Notes under the pieces: model-generated
Told to the model about the DNA's origin: nothing
Databases searched by the model: none
What the model saw: only the letters and a program-made list of their open reading frames with translations
NCBI GenBank assembly: GCA_040380025.1
Contig: JBEIJY010000032.1
Location: 1-28,468 of the forward strand
Reading direction: 5' to 3'
DNA length: 28,468 nt
DNA from: Bdellovibrionales bacterium
GTDB taxonomy: Bacteria > Bdellovibrionota > UBA1018 > CAIMNF01
Shown: positions 1-9,561 of the stretch, piece by piece
Numbering within the stretch: position 1 is the first letter of the stretch
How the letters are laid out: each line of letters opens with the position of its first letter
Program-made: the position numbers and the translations under genes

Positions 1-59
1 CCTCCGAGCCGCGTCGTGCGGCCTCGCTTTCGCGCGTCACGCGCTCGCGAGAGTCGGCA
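1..59 (-). repeat. Copy A (truncated by window start) of structured palindromic repeat family; core only
   Basis: 1-59 is the exact reverse complement of 200-258 (59/59). Confidence 0.95.
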
Positions 60-130
60 GGAATCTTTTTTGTTTTTGAGCGCAATCCCACCCGACTCAG
101 ATCAATAGGCGCACTCCATAGAATCGTCCG

Positions 131-312
131 AACTGCCCCCCTACGATGGTGCTTTTGCAGGGAGCGGGGTGGCCGAGGGGAGGGGAATGATTCGGGTTTT
201 GCCGACTCTCGCGAGCGCGTGACGCGCGAAAGCGAGGCCGCACGACGCGGCTCGGAGGCAAAACCCGAATTATTCCCCTCCCCTTGGCCGACCCTGTTCC
301 TTCAACAAGCAC
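131..312 (+). repeat. Copy B (complete) of structured repeat: 54-bp imperfect stem (149-203 with 257-312) enclosing a two-hairpin core (204-256); REP/MITE-like or structured RNA
   Basis: Base-by-base pairing gives 54 pairs including 5 G-T wobbles and 3 single-nt bulges. 131-257 aligns to 28344-28468. Ends 14 nt from the stop codon of the RND gene. Confidence 0.9.
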
Positions 313-326
313 ACTCCAAGGAGTTC

Positions 327-3300
327 TCAGGCTTCTGCGACCCCGAAGAGCTGCTTCATGCGCCGGTTCGACCAGACCCGGAACCGGTCCACAAACGAGA
401 ACGCCGCCGGCACCACGATCGGAGTCACGAGCGTCGATGCGATGAGCCCCCCGATGATCGCGATCCCCATGGAGGTCCGCTGGCGCGAAGCCTCGTTCAG
501 GCCGAGCGCGATCGGCACCGTGCCCGCGATCAGCGCAACCGAGGTCATCAGGATCGGCCGCAAACGCACGCGCCCTGCACGGATGATCGCCTGTGAGCGA
601 TCCATTCCCTCGCGCACGAGCTGGTTTGCGTAATCGACGAGAAGGACCGAGTTCTTCACCGCAACCCCGAGAAGCATGATCACCCCGATCATCGAGAAGA
701 TGTTGAGGGATTGTCCCGTGATCGCAAGTGCGATCAGCGCGCCGCTGATGGCGGGCGGAAGGGCCAGCATGATCGTGAACGGCGTCACGAACGACTCATA
801 CAGCGAGGCAAGAACCAAGAAAATGAACAGAAGCCCGAAGCCCATCGCGGTCGCCATGCTCTCGCCCAGCTCCTTGAAGTTCTCGGCCTGTCCGACATAA
901 CCGTAGCGCATGCCGGTCGGGAGCTTCAGTTCCGGGTCGGAGGCGAACATCACGTCGATTTGCTTCATCACATCACCCATGCCGTAGCCTGGCGTGATGT
1001 CGGCCTGAACCTGGATGTAGCGCGAACGGTCCTGCCGGTTCACCTTGGATGGACCGGTTTTTTCGACCTTGTCGGTCACATCCGAGAGCTTCACGAGCGT
1101 GCCGTTCAGGTTCGGCACATAATACGACTGGTAATTCTTCGCGATGCTTCGCTGATCTTCCTGCAGACGCGTTCGGATGTCGTATTCGATGCCGTTTCGA
1201 CGGAATTTCGCGACATCTGTGCCCTCGATCAGGTTCCGCATCTCGAGACCGAGCGAAGCAGGCGTCACGCCAAGCTCGGACGCGCGCGCGGGCCGGAGCG
1301 CGAGCTGGACCTCGGGCTTTCCGGGACGGAAGTTCACATCGACATCTTTCAGGCCCGGGTTTTTCTTCAGATGTTCGAGCACCTTCGCCACATACGCTTC
1401 GAGCGCGGCCTGATCGGGCGAGATGATGTTCAGGTTGAAGGGGCGTTGTCCGCCGCCGACAGCGTCGTAGTCCTTCACTTTCGGGTGGTAGGACACGAAA
1501 TCCTTCAGCTGTTCCCGCAGTGTTTCTTTGAACTGCGAGGTGTTCATCTTTCGCTCACGGGAGGGCACAAGCCGCACATAGAAGCTTCCGATGTTCGCCT
1601 CGCCGCTCCGGCTTCCCACCGAAAGGGCCGAGACGAGGACTTCTTTGTTCCCTCGCAGAATGGTGTCGATTTTGGCACCCACTTCGGCCGTGGCATCGAG
1701 GGATGCTCCCGGAGGAAGATCGAAATCGACCGAGAACTCACCCGCGTCCTGCGGCGGGAGGAAGGTCTTCGGCACGAATTTGCCGGCGCTGAAGCTCACC
1801 ACGAACACGACCAGCGAGGCGATCAGGGTCTTGCCCGGCGCGCGCATCACGATCTTCAGAAACGCCTCATAGGAGTCTTCCATCCAGCGCTGGAAGATCT
1901 CGAATTTTGCGAGCGGCCACGCAAAAATGCGCTCGAAAAACCCGGGCTCCCCGTGTGCCTTGTTGCTCGCAAAGTAGGCCGACAGCATGGGGGCGATCGT
2001 GAGCGCATCGAAGAGCGAGATCAGCATGGCAAAGCAGATCACAAACCCGAACTGCTTGAAGAACTGGCCGACCACGCCCTTCAGGAAAGCGACCGGACCG
2101 AACACGGCAACCACGGTGAGGGTGGTGGCGATGACGGCGAGGGTCACTTCTTTGGTGCCCTCGAGTGCGGCTTGAAGGGGCTTCTTGCCCATCTCGATGT
2201 GCCGGAAGATGTTCTCCCGCACCACGATCGCATCGTCGATCAGGAGTCCGACCGAGAGCGAGAGGGCCAGCAGGGTCATGAGATTGATCGTGTAGCCCGA
2301 GGCCCACATCAAAATGAACGCTCCGAGAAGGGAGTTCGGAAGCGCGAGGGCCGTGATCAGGGTCGAGCGGGCGTTTTGCAGAAAAAAGAACACGACGATG
2401 ACCGCAAGAACGATCCCGATGGTGATGGATTCCTTCATGTCGGTCACGTTCGCGCGGATGTACACCGATCCGTCCCGGATGACCTTGATCTCGGGCGCGC
2501 CTTTCATCGAGGCGAGCTCGGGCTTCATCGCCTCGATTCGCTTCAGGACCTGATTGACGACGCTCACGGTGTTCGCCCCGCTTTGCTTAAACACATACAA
2601 AAATAACGACCGTTCCCCGTTGATGAACGTCCGCGAGGTCTCGTCCTGCAGGGAGTCCTCGATCTTGGCGAGGTCCTTCAGGCGCAGGGTCCGCTCACCA
2701 CCGAAGAAATTGATGATCGTGTTTCCGATGGCGTCCAGGGAATCAAACTGCCCGAGGGTCCGGACGATCGACTCCTGCTTCTTGTCTTCGTTCTTTCCGG
2801 CGGGGATGTTCTCGCCCGAAGAGAGGAGCTTCGCGTTCACGTTCGAGAGGCTCAGCTCGCGGGCCTTCAACTTTTGAGCATCGAACGAGACCTTGATTTG
2901 CCGCTTCCGGGCCCCGAGCGAGTACACTTGTCCAACTTGGTCGATTTGCTCGAGTTTCGGGCGGATTTTTTCGTTCGCGATGTCGTAGAGCTCGGCCTCG
3001 CCTATTTTTTCTTTGGCCGAAAGAGATAAAATCACGATGGGCTGATCGGAAGGATCGAGCCTGCGGATGACGGGCTCCTTCACGTCTTTCGGAAGGAGGA
3101 ATTTGACCGCGCCCACGCGGTCGCGCACTTGTTGCTCGGCGAACTTGATGTCGGTTTCGAGGGTGAATTCGGCAATGACCTGGCTTGTGCCCTCGAGACT
3201 GATCGACGACAGGCGCTTCACCCCTTGCAGGGTCGAGAGCTCGTCCTCGATGGGCTTTGACACCAGCGTTTCGATCTCGGAGGGGCCCGCACCCGGGTAT

Positions 3301-3449
3301 CCCGTGCTGACGAAAACGATCGGAAAGTTCACCTCGGGGAACAGATCCACCCCGAGCTTGGTGATGCTCAGCATTCCCACGGCGAGCATCAAGAAGATGA
3401 TGCAGGAGATGAAGGTCGGGCGCTTGATGGACAGATCGGCGAGTGTCAT
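327..3449 (-). CDS. RND efflux transporter permease subunit, AcrB/AcrD/AcrF (HAE1-like) family
   Basis: 1040 aa; N-terminal SIKRP and DLFP; proton-relay motifs GLLIDDAIVVREN, KNSVLLVD and RLRPILMTS. Confidence 0.95.
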   Translation of the reverse strand: MTLADLSIKRPTFISCIIFLMLAVGMLSITKLGVDLFPEVNFPIVFVSTGYPGAGPSEIETLVSKPIEDELSTLQGVKRLSSISLEGTSQVIAEFTLETDIKFAEQQVRDRVGAVKFLLPKDVKEPVIRRLDPSDQPIVILSLSAKEKIGEAELYDIANEKIRPKLEQIDQVGQVYSLGARKRQIKVSFDAQKLKARELSLSNVNAKLLSSGENIPAGKNEDKKQESIVRTLGQFDSLDAIGNTIINFFGGERTLRLKDLAKIEDSLQDETSRTFINGERSLFLYVFKQSGANTVSVVNQVLKRIEAMKPELASMKGAPEIKVIRDGSVYIRANVTDMKESITIGIVLAVIVVFFFLQNARSTLITALALPNSLLGAFILMWASGYTINLMTLLALSLSVGLLIDDAIVVRENIFRHIEMGKKPLQAALEGTKEVTLAVIATTLTVVAVFGPVAFLKGVVGQFFKQFGFVICFAMLISLFDALTIAPMLSAYFASNKAHGEPGFFERIFAWPLAKFEIFQRWMEDSYEAFLKIVMRAPGKTLIASLVVFVVSFSAGKFVPKTFLPPQDAGEFSVDFDLPPGASLDATAEVGAKIDTILRGNKEVLVSALSVGSRSGEANIGSFYVRLVPSRERKMNTSQFKETLREQLKDFVSYHPKVKDYDAVGGGQRPFNLNIISPDQAALEAYVAKVLEHLKKNPGLKDVDVNFRPGKPEVQLALRPARASELGVTPASLGLEMRNLIEGTDVAKFRRNGIEYDIRTRLQEDQRSIAKNYQSYYVPNLNGTLVKLSDVTDKVEKTGPSKVNRQDRSRYIQVQADITPGYGMGDVMKQIDVMFASDPELKLPTGMRYGYVGQAENFKELGESMATAMGFGLLFIFLVLASLYESFVTPFTIMLALPPAISGALIALAITGQSLNIFSMIGVIMLLGVAVKNSVLLVDYANQLVREGMDRSQAIIRAGRVRLRPILMTSVALIAGTVPIALGLNEASRQRTSMGIAIIGGLIASTLVTPIVVPAAFSFVDRFRVWSNRRMKQLFGVAEA

Positions 3450-3470
3450 TCGGGATTCTTCCTTGTGATT

Positions 3471-4940
3471 CTATTCGGCTGAGTAAGGTTTCAGTTGGGC
3501 GTGCAGGGTCAGGATCTCACGCTCGACTTGAAGGCGTGCGATCAGGGACTGGGCGTAGTCTTGCTCGAAGGTCAGAACCTGGTAGGTGGTGGTCCGGCCC
3601 AGGCTGAAGCGGTACTTTTCGTACTCGAGCTTTTCTTTTTGCAGGTTCACGAGCTCGTCCGCCATGCGAAGGCGTTCTTTCGCTTCGTTGAATTTGCGAG
3701 AAAGATCCGAGAAAGCTTGGGTGCTCTCGAGTGTTTTTTGGCGCGTCGTCTGCTCGGCCGCGAGCTGTTGCTTCACTCGGCCTGCGCGGATGTCGGAGGC
3801 ATCGCCAAGACCGAGCGGGACCGAGAGCTTCAGTCCGAACACGGTGTACGGAAAGTTCGTCGTGAGCGCATTCGACATGGCCTGCGATTGGAGTCCGGAT
3901 TGGCCATTGAAGGCGACGGTTCCGAAGGCCGAGACATCGGGGAGCGTTTTTTGAAGGGCGATCTCGTTGTTCGCGCGCGCGATCCGCTCGGATTGGCCTG
4001 CGGCCTTCAGATCGTCGGTGTCTTCGGCGCGGCTCGGAACCGGGAGCGAAAGGATCTCGCCGGTTGCGGGAATCGAAACGGCTTCAGGTACCTCTTCTGA
4101 GACGAGATTCCGGTACTGGTTGAATCCGAGTGCTGCCGATCGGAGCTCGTTTTTTGCGTTCTCGAGCGAGATCCGTCGGGCTTGGAGACTTGCACGGGAT
4201 TGCAAAAGGTCGATCCGGTCAGCAAGGTGATTGTTCACCCGGCGGGTCGTCCAATCGAGGATTTTTTGGGAACGCTCAAGCAGTTCGGTCTCGAGCCGCA
4301 CCGACTCGTTTGCGATCGCAACGCGATGATAGGCCGATTCGGCCTGCGCCAGGGTTTGCTTGAGCTTGAAGCGCTCGCCAAAGTGGGCCGCGAGCGAGGA
4401 CGCCTCGGCCAGATCGGCGGTGGCGCGGGTTTCTTTCCCGAAGAAGTTCTTCCAGAGGCTTTGTGTGAAGTCGAGCTGGCTCTGCGCTGCGGAGTAGTTG
4501 TTGACCCCGCCCGGAAAAATATTTGCCGGAAGGTTCGAGGTCTGGTTGTTCAACAGGTTGTAGCTCAGCTTGGCCGAGAGACCGAAGGTGAACTGTTTTT
4601 CGAGACCGAAATTGAAGTTATCGGCCGTGGTCCGGCCGCCCATGAAGGGAATGTAGAACTGCCGGCGGTCGGTCGTGCGGCTTCCGGAAACAAAGAACCG
4701 GGGCATGGTGACCAGCTCGGATTCTTTTGCCGAACCTGAGGTTCCTTCGATGGTCTCGATGCTGGAGCGAACGGCGGGGGAGCCGCTTTGGACCTGATCA
4801 AGATACTCCCGAAGCGTGAGGGGCGCGGCTCGGACGGGAAGCGAGAGCCCCGAGAGCAAAAGAAGCGCGATCGGGCGAAGCGGGAACCGGGCTGAACCCG
4901 CGAAGGAACGGAAAACAGCTGCGGGGAAGAGATTTTTCAT
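3471..4940 (-). CDS. TolC-family outer membrane efflux protein
   Basis: 489 aa; signal peptide ending VRA; LTLREYL N-terminus; helical OEP-like repeats; RFSLGRTT near C-terminus; directly upstream of the RND permease. Confidence 0.88.
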   Translation of the reverse strand: MKNLFPAAVFRSFAGSARFPLRPIALLLLSGLSLPVRAAPLTLREYLDQVQSGSPAVRSSIETIEGTSGSAKESELVTMPRFFVSGSRTTDRRQFYIPFMGGRTTADNFNFGLEKQFTFGLSAKLSYNLLNNQTSNLPANIFPGGVNNYSAAQSQLDFTQSLWKNFFGKETRATADLAEASSLAAHFGERFKLKQTLAQAESAYHRVAIANESVRLETELLERSQKILDWTTRRVNNHLADRIDLLQSRASLQARRISLENAKNELRSAALGFNQYRNLVSEEVPEAVSIPATGEILSLPVPSRAEDTDDLKAAGQSERIARANNEIALQKTLPDVSAFGTVAFNGQSGLQSQAMSNALTTNFPYTVFGLKLSVPLGLGDASDIRAGRVKQQLAAEQTTRQKTLESTQAFSDLSRKFNEAKERLRMADELVNLQKEKLEYEKYRFSLGRTTTYQVLTFEQDYAQSLIARLQVEREILTLHAQLKPYSAE

Positions 4941-4966
4941 TTGCCTTCAGGAGTAAATCGCGAGAA

Positions 4967-4982
4967 GTAAGCAGTCAATTAC
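4967..4982. promoter_or_regulatory. Putative TetR operator GTAA-N8-TTAC overlapping a minus-strand -35 hexamer (TTGACT, 4978-4973) for the tolC-RND unit
   Basis: GTAAGCAGTCAATTAC in the 46-bp gap between divergent tetR and tolC starts. Confidence 0.5.
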
Positions 4983-4986
4983 ATTT

Positions 4987-5655
4987 ATGGTTTTTTGCAA
5001 AAGAAATCGAGCGGCTACCGAGCGGTCCCTTCTGGGGGCGGCGGTCCGGCTTTTCGCCCGAAAAGGATATGAGAACACCCGCACCCTCGAGATCGCGCGC
5101 GAAGCGGGCGCGAATGAGGCCCTGATTGCACGCTATTTCGGCGGCAAGGAGGGGCTTCTTCAGGCCATCTTGAAGGACGAGGTCTCGGTGCAGTCGCTCG
5201 TCGAGGCCGAGAGCAGTCGCTCGGTCGCGCTCGAGTTCCCGAGAGCCTCCGACGGGCTCTCGCTCGGGGATTCGCTCCGGGTGTTTTTTCAGCATGGCGA
5301 GCGCCACGCCCGCGAACGCGAGGAATTCATGCGGATCGCGATGGCGAGAATGCTCGTGAGCCCCGAGATGGCGAAGATCGTACAGGAGAAGTTCATCGAT
5401 CGCACAGTCGAGCGGATCATTGAGGCGCTCCGGGAGCATCTGGTCCGGAGGAAAATTCCCGAATGCGACATCGAGGCGGTTGCCATGCTGGTTTCGGCCT
5501 CGAATCATATTTTCAATTTTTTATGTCGGCGGGTCCACCGGATGGAGCAGGAGAAAGTCGATCGCGCGCTTGATGTCCTGGTTCAGTCGATCGAGGCGTT
5601 CTTGGATTTGCGCCCCGGTGCCGCCGGAAGCAAATCCGTCACCACAAATCGCTGA
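4987..5655 (+). CDS. TetR/AcrR family transcriptional regulator
   Basis: N-terminal HTH: LLGAAVRLFARKGYENTRTLEIAREAGANEALIARYFGGKEGL; divergent from efflux genes. Confidence 0.93.
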   Translation: MVFCKRNRAATERSLLGAAVRLFARKGYENTRTLEIAREAGANEALIARYFGGKEGLLQAILKDEVSVQSLVEAESSRSVALEFPRASDGLSLGDSLRVFFQHGERHAREREEFMRIAMARMLVSPEMAKIVQEKFIDRTVERIIEALREHLVRRKIPECDIEAVAMLVSASNHIFNFLCRRVHRMEQEKVDRALDVLVQSIEAFLDLRPGAAGSKSVTTNR

Positions 5656-6347
5656 TTCTCGATCTTCCATTGCACGTCGTGCGACTTCACAAGGAGTCCG
5701 AAGTCTTTTCCTTGCGAATGATCGGCATCGGGCGGGAGTTCCCTTCGTTGGAATCCGGGCCTGGGGTCGATCGTCAGAAGCTGTTCGATCAGGGCCTTCA
5801 GGTTTTTTTCGCCTGTCGCTTCGGCCTTTGCGATTTTCTGAAGGGCGGGCTCCTCGAAGATCACCTCGGTTTTTTTGATTTCCTCATGCGCCCAGCCGGG
5901 ATTCGCCTCCGGAAACGAATCCGCATAGGGAAGGTAGGGCTTCACATCGAGAATGGGCGTGCCATCGAGCAAATCGACTCCGCGCACATGGATTTCGGGT
6001 CCGCCCGGTGCCGCAAGGTCGACTCGCTCGATCTCGACCGCCGAGAGTCCGATCGGATTCGGCCGGTGGGGCGAGCGCGAGGCCAGGACGCCCATTTTTT
6101 GTTTTCCGCCGAGTCTTGGAGGGCGGATCGTGGGCTTCCATTTGTTCCCGCCGTGGGAATGAAACACAAACACGAGCCAAAGATGCGAGAACTGCTCGAG
6201 TCCCTTCAGCGCATGCACATAATCGGGGTCGCTTCCGAACTTCACGATCCCCTTGGCCTCGGGCACGAGACCGGGCTGGCGCGGAATTCCGAACCGCTGG
6301 GTGAAGGGCGTGCGGATCACGGCGATGGGCTGGAGTTCGAGATTCAT
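5583..6347 (-). CDS. trmO: tRNA (N6-threonylcarbamoyladenosine-37)-N6-methyltransferase TrmO/TsaA
   Basis: FGIPRQPGL, RSPHRPNPIGLS and GVDLLDGTPILDVKPY motifs. ATG at 6347 chosen because the 6404 start lies inside ileS. 3' end overlaps tetR convergently by 73 nt. Confidence 0.92.
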   Translation of the reverse strand: MNLELQPIAVIRTPFTQRFGIPRQPGLVPEAKGIVKFGSDPDYVHALKGLEQFSHLWLVFVFHSHGGNKWKPTIRPPRLGGKQKMGVLASRSPHRPNPIGLSAVEIERVDLAAPGGPEIHVRGVDLLDGTPILDVKPYLPYADSFPEANPGWAHEEIKKTEVIFEEPALQKIAKAEATGEKNLKALIEQLLTIDPRPGFQRRELPPDADHSQGKDFGLLVKSHDVQWKIENQRFVVTDLLPAAPGRKSKNASID

Positions 6348-6360
6348 GCCGGTGTTCCGA

Positions 6361-9300
6361 TCAGACGACCTTGAGGCCGACACCGACCGGGCCCTCTTCG
6401 ACATCGGTGGCGAGCTCGATGTGCGAGCCCTTCAGGGACTCCTTCGACGAAGCATACTCGAGGCGCAAGGCAAGTGTTTCGCGAAGAAGTGTCTGTTCGT
6501 GCGCTTTGGCGGCCTCGAGCAGTCGTCCTTCGACAAACAAACTGAGCTCGATCCGGTCATCGAGTCTGAGGTCGGCATTCTTTCGGGCCTGTTGGATCTT
6601 GCGGGTCACTTCGCGAAAGAGGCCTTCGAGAATCTGCTCGTCGGTCAGGGTCGGATCGACCTCGATCGAAACTTGCTGATGGGCCAAGAGGGTGACCTTG
6701 TCGCCCAGACTCGACCGGCGAATCTCGACATCCGCGATCGTCACGGCTTCGCCCTCGAGCACGAGGGACGCGCCTTCTTCGAGGCGTTCGAGATCCTGAA
6801 GCGAGAGCTGGTCGATTTTTGCCGCGATCGCCTTCATCTTCGGACCCACGCGCTTGCCGAGCACGGGGAAGTTCGCCTTCGCCTTCACCCGGACGTACTC
6901 TTCTTCTTTGGTGACATATTCGAACGAGCGGATGTTGAGCTCGTCCTGGAAGTACGGTTCGAGCCGCTTCAGGTCCGCGAGCGCCTTTTGGTCGCGGTGG
7001 ATGATCTTCATTGAGAGAAGCGGGATTTTGGTCTTGACCCGGATCTTCTCGCGGAGATTCCGTCCGAGCATCACGAGCGCATCCATCCTCGCCACGGCTT
7101 TTTCGAGGTCCGGGTTCAGGAACCGCGGGTCGGCCGAGGGGTAATCATCGAGGTGGACGCTTTCTTTTTGTTGCGATGCGGGGAGGGCGCGCTTCAGGTT
7201 CTGATAGACCTCATCGCTCAAGAACGGCGCAAACGGCGCCATGATCCGCGAGAGGGTCAGGAGCACATGATACAGGGTCTCGTAAGCATAGCGCTTATCT
7301 TCGGGCATCCCGCCCTTCCAGAAGTGCGGACGGTTGAAGCGAATGTAGGTGTTGGTGAGCGCTTCGATGAAGTCGAGAAGTCCCGGGACGACATTGTAGA
7401 GCCGATAGGCTTCCATCTCGGTGGTGGTGTTCGCGATGAGCGAGTTCAGTTTCGAGAGGATCCACTGGTCCATGAGATTCGGAGAATCCGCGTAGTCCCC
7501 CTTGGGCTGGAATCCGTCGATGCTCCCATAGCTCGTGAAGAAGGAGTACGCATTCCACCAGCGAAGGAGAATCCGGCGCGTGATCTCGCGGACGCCCTTT
7601 TCAGAAAACCGCAGCTCTTCGGCCTTCACCGCCGGGCTGTCGATCAGGTACAGGCGGAGCGCATCGGCGCCATGCTCGTTCAACACGGTCATGGGATCAG
7701 GGTAGTTTTTGAGGCTTTTTGACATCTTCTTGCCGTCCTCGGCAAGAATGAGCCCGTTCACGATGACGTTCCGGAACGGGGCGCGACCAAAGAGGCCCGC
7801 GCCGATCACCATCAGCGTATAGAACCACCCGCGGGTCTGATCGAGTCCCTCGGCGATGAAGTCCGCAGGAAAGTTCTTTTCGAACTCTTCCCGGTTCTCG
7901 AAAGGATACCCCCACTGGGCGTAGGGCATCGAGCCCGATTCGAACCAGCAATCGAGGACCTCGTCGATCCGGCGGAGCGGGGATTTCCCGGTCGGAGAGG
8001 GGATCGTGATCTGATCGACGAATTCCTTGTGAAGGTCGTCGACTTTCTGACCCGAGAGCCTCTCGAGTTCTTCTTTCGAGCCGATGCAGACGATCTCGCC
8101 TTCTTTGTTCTTCCAGATCGGAAGAGGCGTACCCCAGAAGCGGCTTCTTGAGATCGACCAGTCACGCGCGTTTTCGAGCCAGTTTCCGAACCGTCCGTCG
8201 CGAAGGGTTGCGGGAACCCAGTTTGTGGTTCCGTTCGCGGCGATGATCTCGGCCTTGATTTTTTCGACGGCGACATACCAGCTCGAAACCGCACGATAAA
8301 TGAGAGGCGTCCCCGATCGGTAACAGAACGGATACGAGTGGACGATCGTGTCCTGCCGGTACAAGCGTCCGTCGGCCTTCAGGCGCGCGATGATGTCGCG
8401 ATCGGCGTCCTTGACCTTCCGGCCCTGAAAATCCGAAACCACGGGCAGAAACAGGCCGTCATCGTCGACCGGGTTCACCACGGGAATTCCCGCCTTTTGG
8501 CAGGCATAGAAGTCGTCTTCCCCGAATGCGGGAGCGATGTGAACCACGCCGGTTCCGGATTCGGTCGTGACGTGCGCCGATTCGATCACGCGGAAGGCGC
8601 CCTCGTCTTTTTTGGACGCGAAGTACGGAAGAAGCGGCGAATATTCGAGTCCCGTGAGCGCCGCGCCCGGAAAGCGATTCAGGATCTCAAAATCCTCAGC
8701 GGGTTTTTTGGAGTAGGCATGCAAACGTGCTTCGGCCAGAACAAGGTGCTTGCCCGAGGATTTTTCGAGCACCAGCACGTAGTCGATGTCGCGGCCCACG
8801 GCCAGGGCAAGATTCGAGGGAAGGGTCCACGGGGTGGTGGTCCAGGCAAGGATTGCGGTGCCTTCGGGGGCTCCGATTTTTGCGGCCGAGGCCGGAAGAA
8901 GCGCGAAGGACGCCGTGATCGCGGGATCTTGCACCTCGCGGTAGTCGAGGTTCGCCTCGAAGTTCGAAAGCGGCGTCGAGATTCCGGTGGAGTAGGGGAC
9001 GACCTTCAGGCCTTCGTAAATCAGGCCCTTCTTGTATAGGCTCTGAAACACCCACCACACGCTCTGCATGAATCCGGGCTGCATGGTGAAGTAGGCGTTT
9101 TCCATGTCGACCCAACGGCCGATGCGGCGGACGGATTTCTTCCACTCATTCGAGTAGCGGTCGACGATTCCCCGGCAGGCGGCATTGTAGCGATCGACTC
9201 CGTAATTCAAAATGTCCTGGCGGGAATGCAGATTGAGTGACTTGTTGATTTCGAATTCGACGGGAACCCCATGGCAATCCCAGCCGAAGCGGCGTTTGAC

Positions 9301-9561
9301 CCGGTAGCCTTTCATGGTCCAGTAGCGGGGGACGATGTCCTTCAGGGTCCCGGCCAGCAGGTGGCCGTAGTGGGGAAGTCCGGTTGCAAACGGGGGGCCG
9401 TCATAAAAGCTGTAGGCCTTGGCATCGGCCCGGTCCGACATCGATTTTTCGAAGATCCGGCCTTCTTCCCATTCGAGCAGGCGTCGCTCCTCGAGCGCGG
9501 GAAAATCCACATCCGGTTTTACGGCATCAAAGCCGGTTTTTGCAGGTGATTTCGATGTCAT
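6361..9561 (-). CDS. ileS: Isoleucyl-tRNA synthetase, type 2 (eukaryote-like IleRS2)
   Basis: 1066 aa; DGPPFATGLPHYGH (HIGH), GWDCHG, WTTTPWTLP editing motif, DWSISRSRFWG, EGLDQTRGWF, KMSKS; long C-terminal extension without a CxxC zinc finger. Confidence 0.97.
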   Translation of the reverse strand: MTSKSPAKTGFDAVKPDVDFPALEERRLLEWEEGRIFEKSMSDRADAKAYSFYDGPPFATGLPHYGHLLAGTLKDIVPRYWTMKGYRVKRRFGWDCHGVPVEFEINKSLNLHSRQDILNYGVDRYNAACRGIVDRYSNEWKKSVRRIGRWVDMENAYFTMQPGFMQSVWWVFQSLYKKGLIYEGLKVVPYSTGISTPLSNFEANLDYREVQDPAITASFALLPASAAKIGAPEGTAILAWTTTPWTLPSNLALAVGRDIDYVLVLEKSSGKHLVLAEARLHAYSKKPAEDFEILNRFPGAALTGLEYSPLLPYFASKKDEGAFRVIESAHVTTESGTGVVHIAPAFGEDDFYACQKAGIPVVNPVDDDGLFLPVVSDFQGRKVKDADRDIIARLKADGRLYRQDTIVHSYPFCYRSGTPLIYRAVSSWYVAVEKIKAEIIAANGTTNWVPATLRDGRFGNWLENARDWSISRSRFWGTPLPIWKNKEGEIVCIGSKEELERLSGQKVDDLHKEFVDQITIPSPTGKSPLRRIDEVLDCWFESGSMPYAQWGYPFENREEFEKNFPADFIAEGLDQTRGWFYTLMVIGAGLFGRAPFRNVIVNGLILAEDGKKMSKSLKNYPDPMTVLNEHGADALRLYLIDSPAVKAEELRFSEKGVREITRRILLRWWNAYSFFTSYGSIDGFQPKGDYADSPNLMDQWILSKLNSLIANTTTEMEAYRLYNVVPGLLDFIEALTNTYIRFNRPHFWKGGMPEDKRYAYETLYHVLLTLSRIMAPFAPFLSDEVYQNLKRALPASQQKESVHLDDYPSADPRFLNPDLEKAVARMDALVMLGRNLREKIRVKTKIPLLSMKIIHRDQKALADLKRLEPYFQDELNIRSFEYVTKEEEYVRVKAKANFPVLGKRVGPKMKAIAAKIDQLSLQDLERLEEGASLVLEGEAVTIADVEIRRSSLGDKVTLLAHQQVSIEVDPTLTDEQILEGLFREVTRKIQQARKNADLRLDDRIELSLFVEGRLLEAAKAHEQTLLRETLALRLEYASSKESLKGSHIELATDVEEGPVGVGLKVV

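Noticed and set aside
97..312. 71-aa minus-strand ORF across the repeat
   Set aside because: Lies almost entirely in palindromic repeat sequence and has no protein features.
1..312. CRISPR array, tRNA or simple terminator interpretation of the repeats
   Set aside because: No regularly spaced direct repeats with spacers, no cas genes, no cloverleaf with a TTCG T-loop, and no U-tract after the stem.
109..318. GCGCACTCCA (109-118) and GCACACTCCA (309-318) as a target-site duplication
   Set aside because: Imperfect, overlaps the stem end, and is not flush with the left homology boundary (131); needs an empty site to test.
711..2606. 631-aa plus-strand ORF
   Set aside because: Antisense shadow of the RND gene, common in high-GC coding DNA; no motifs.
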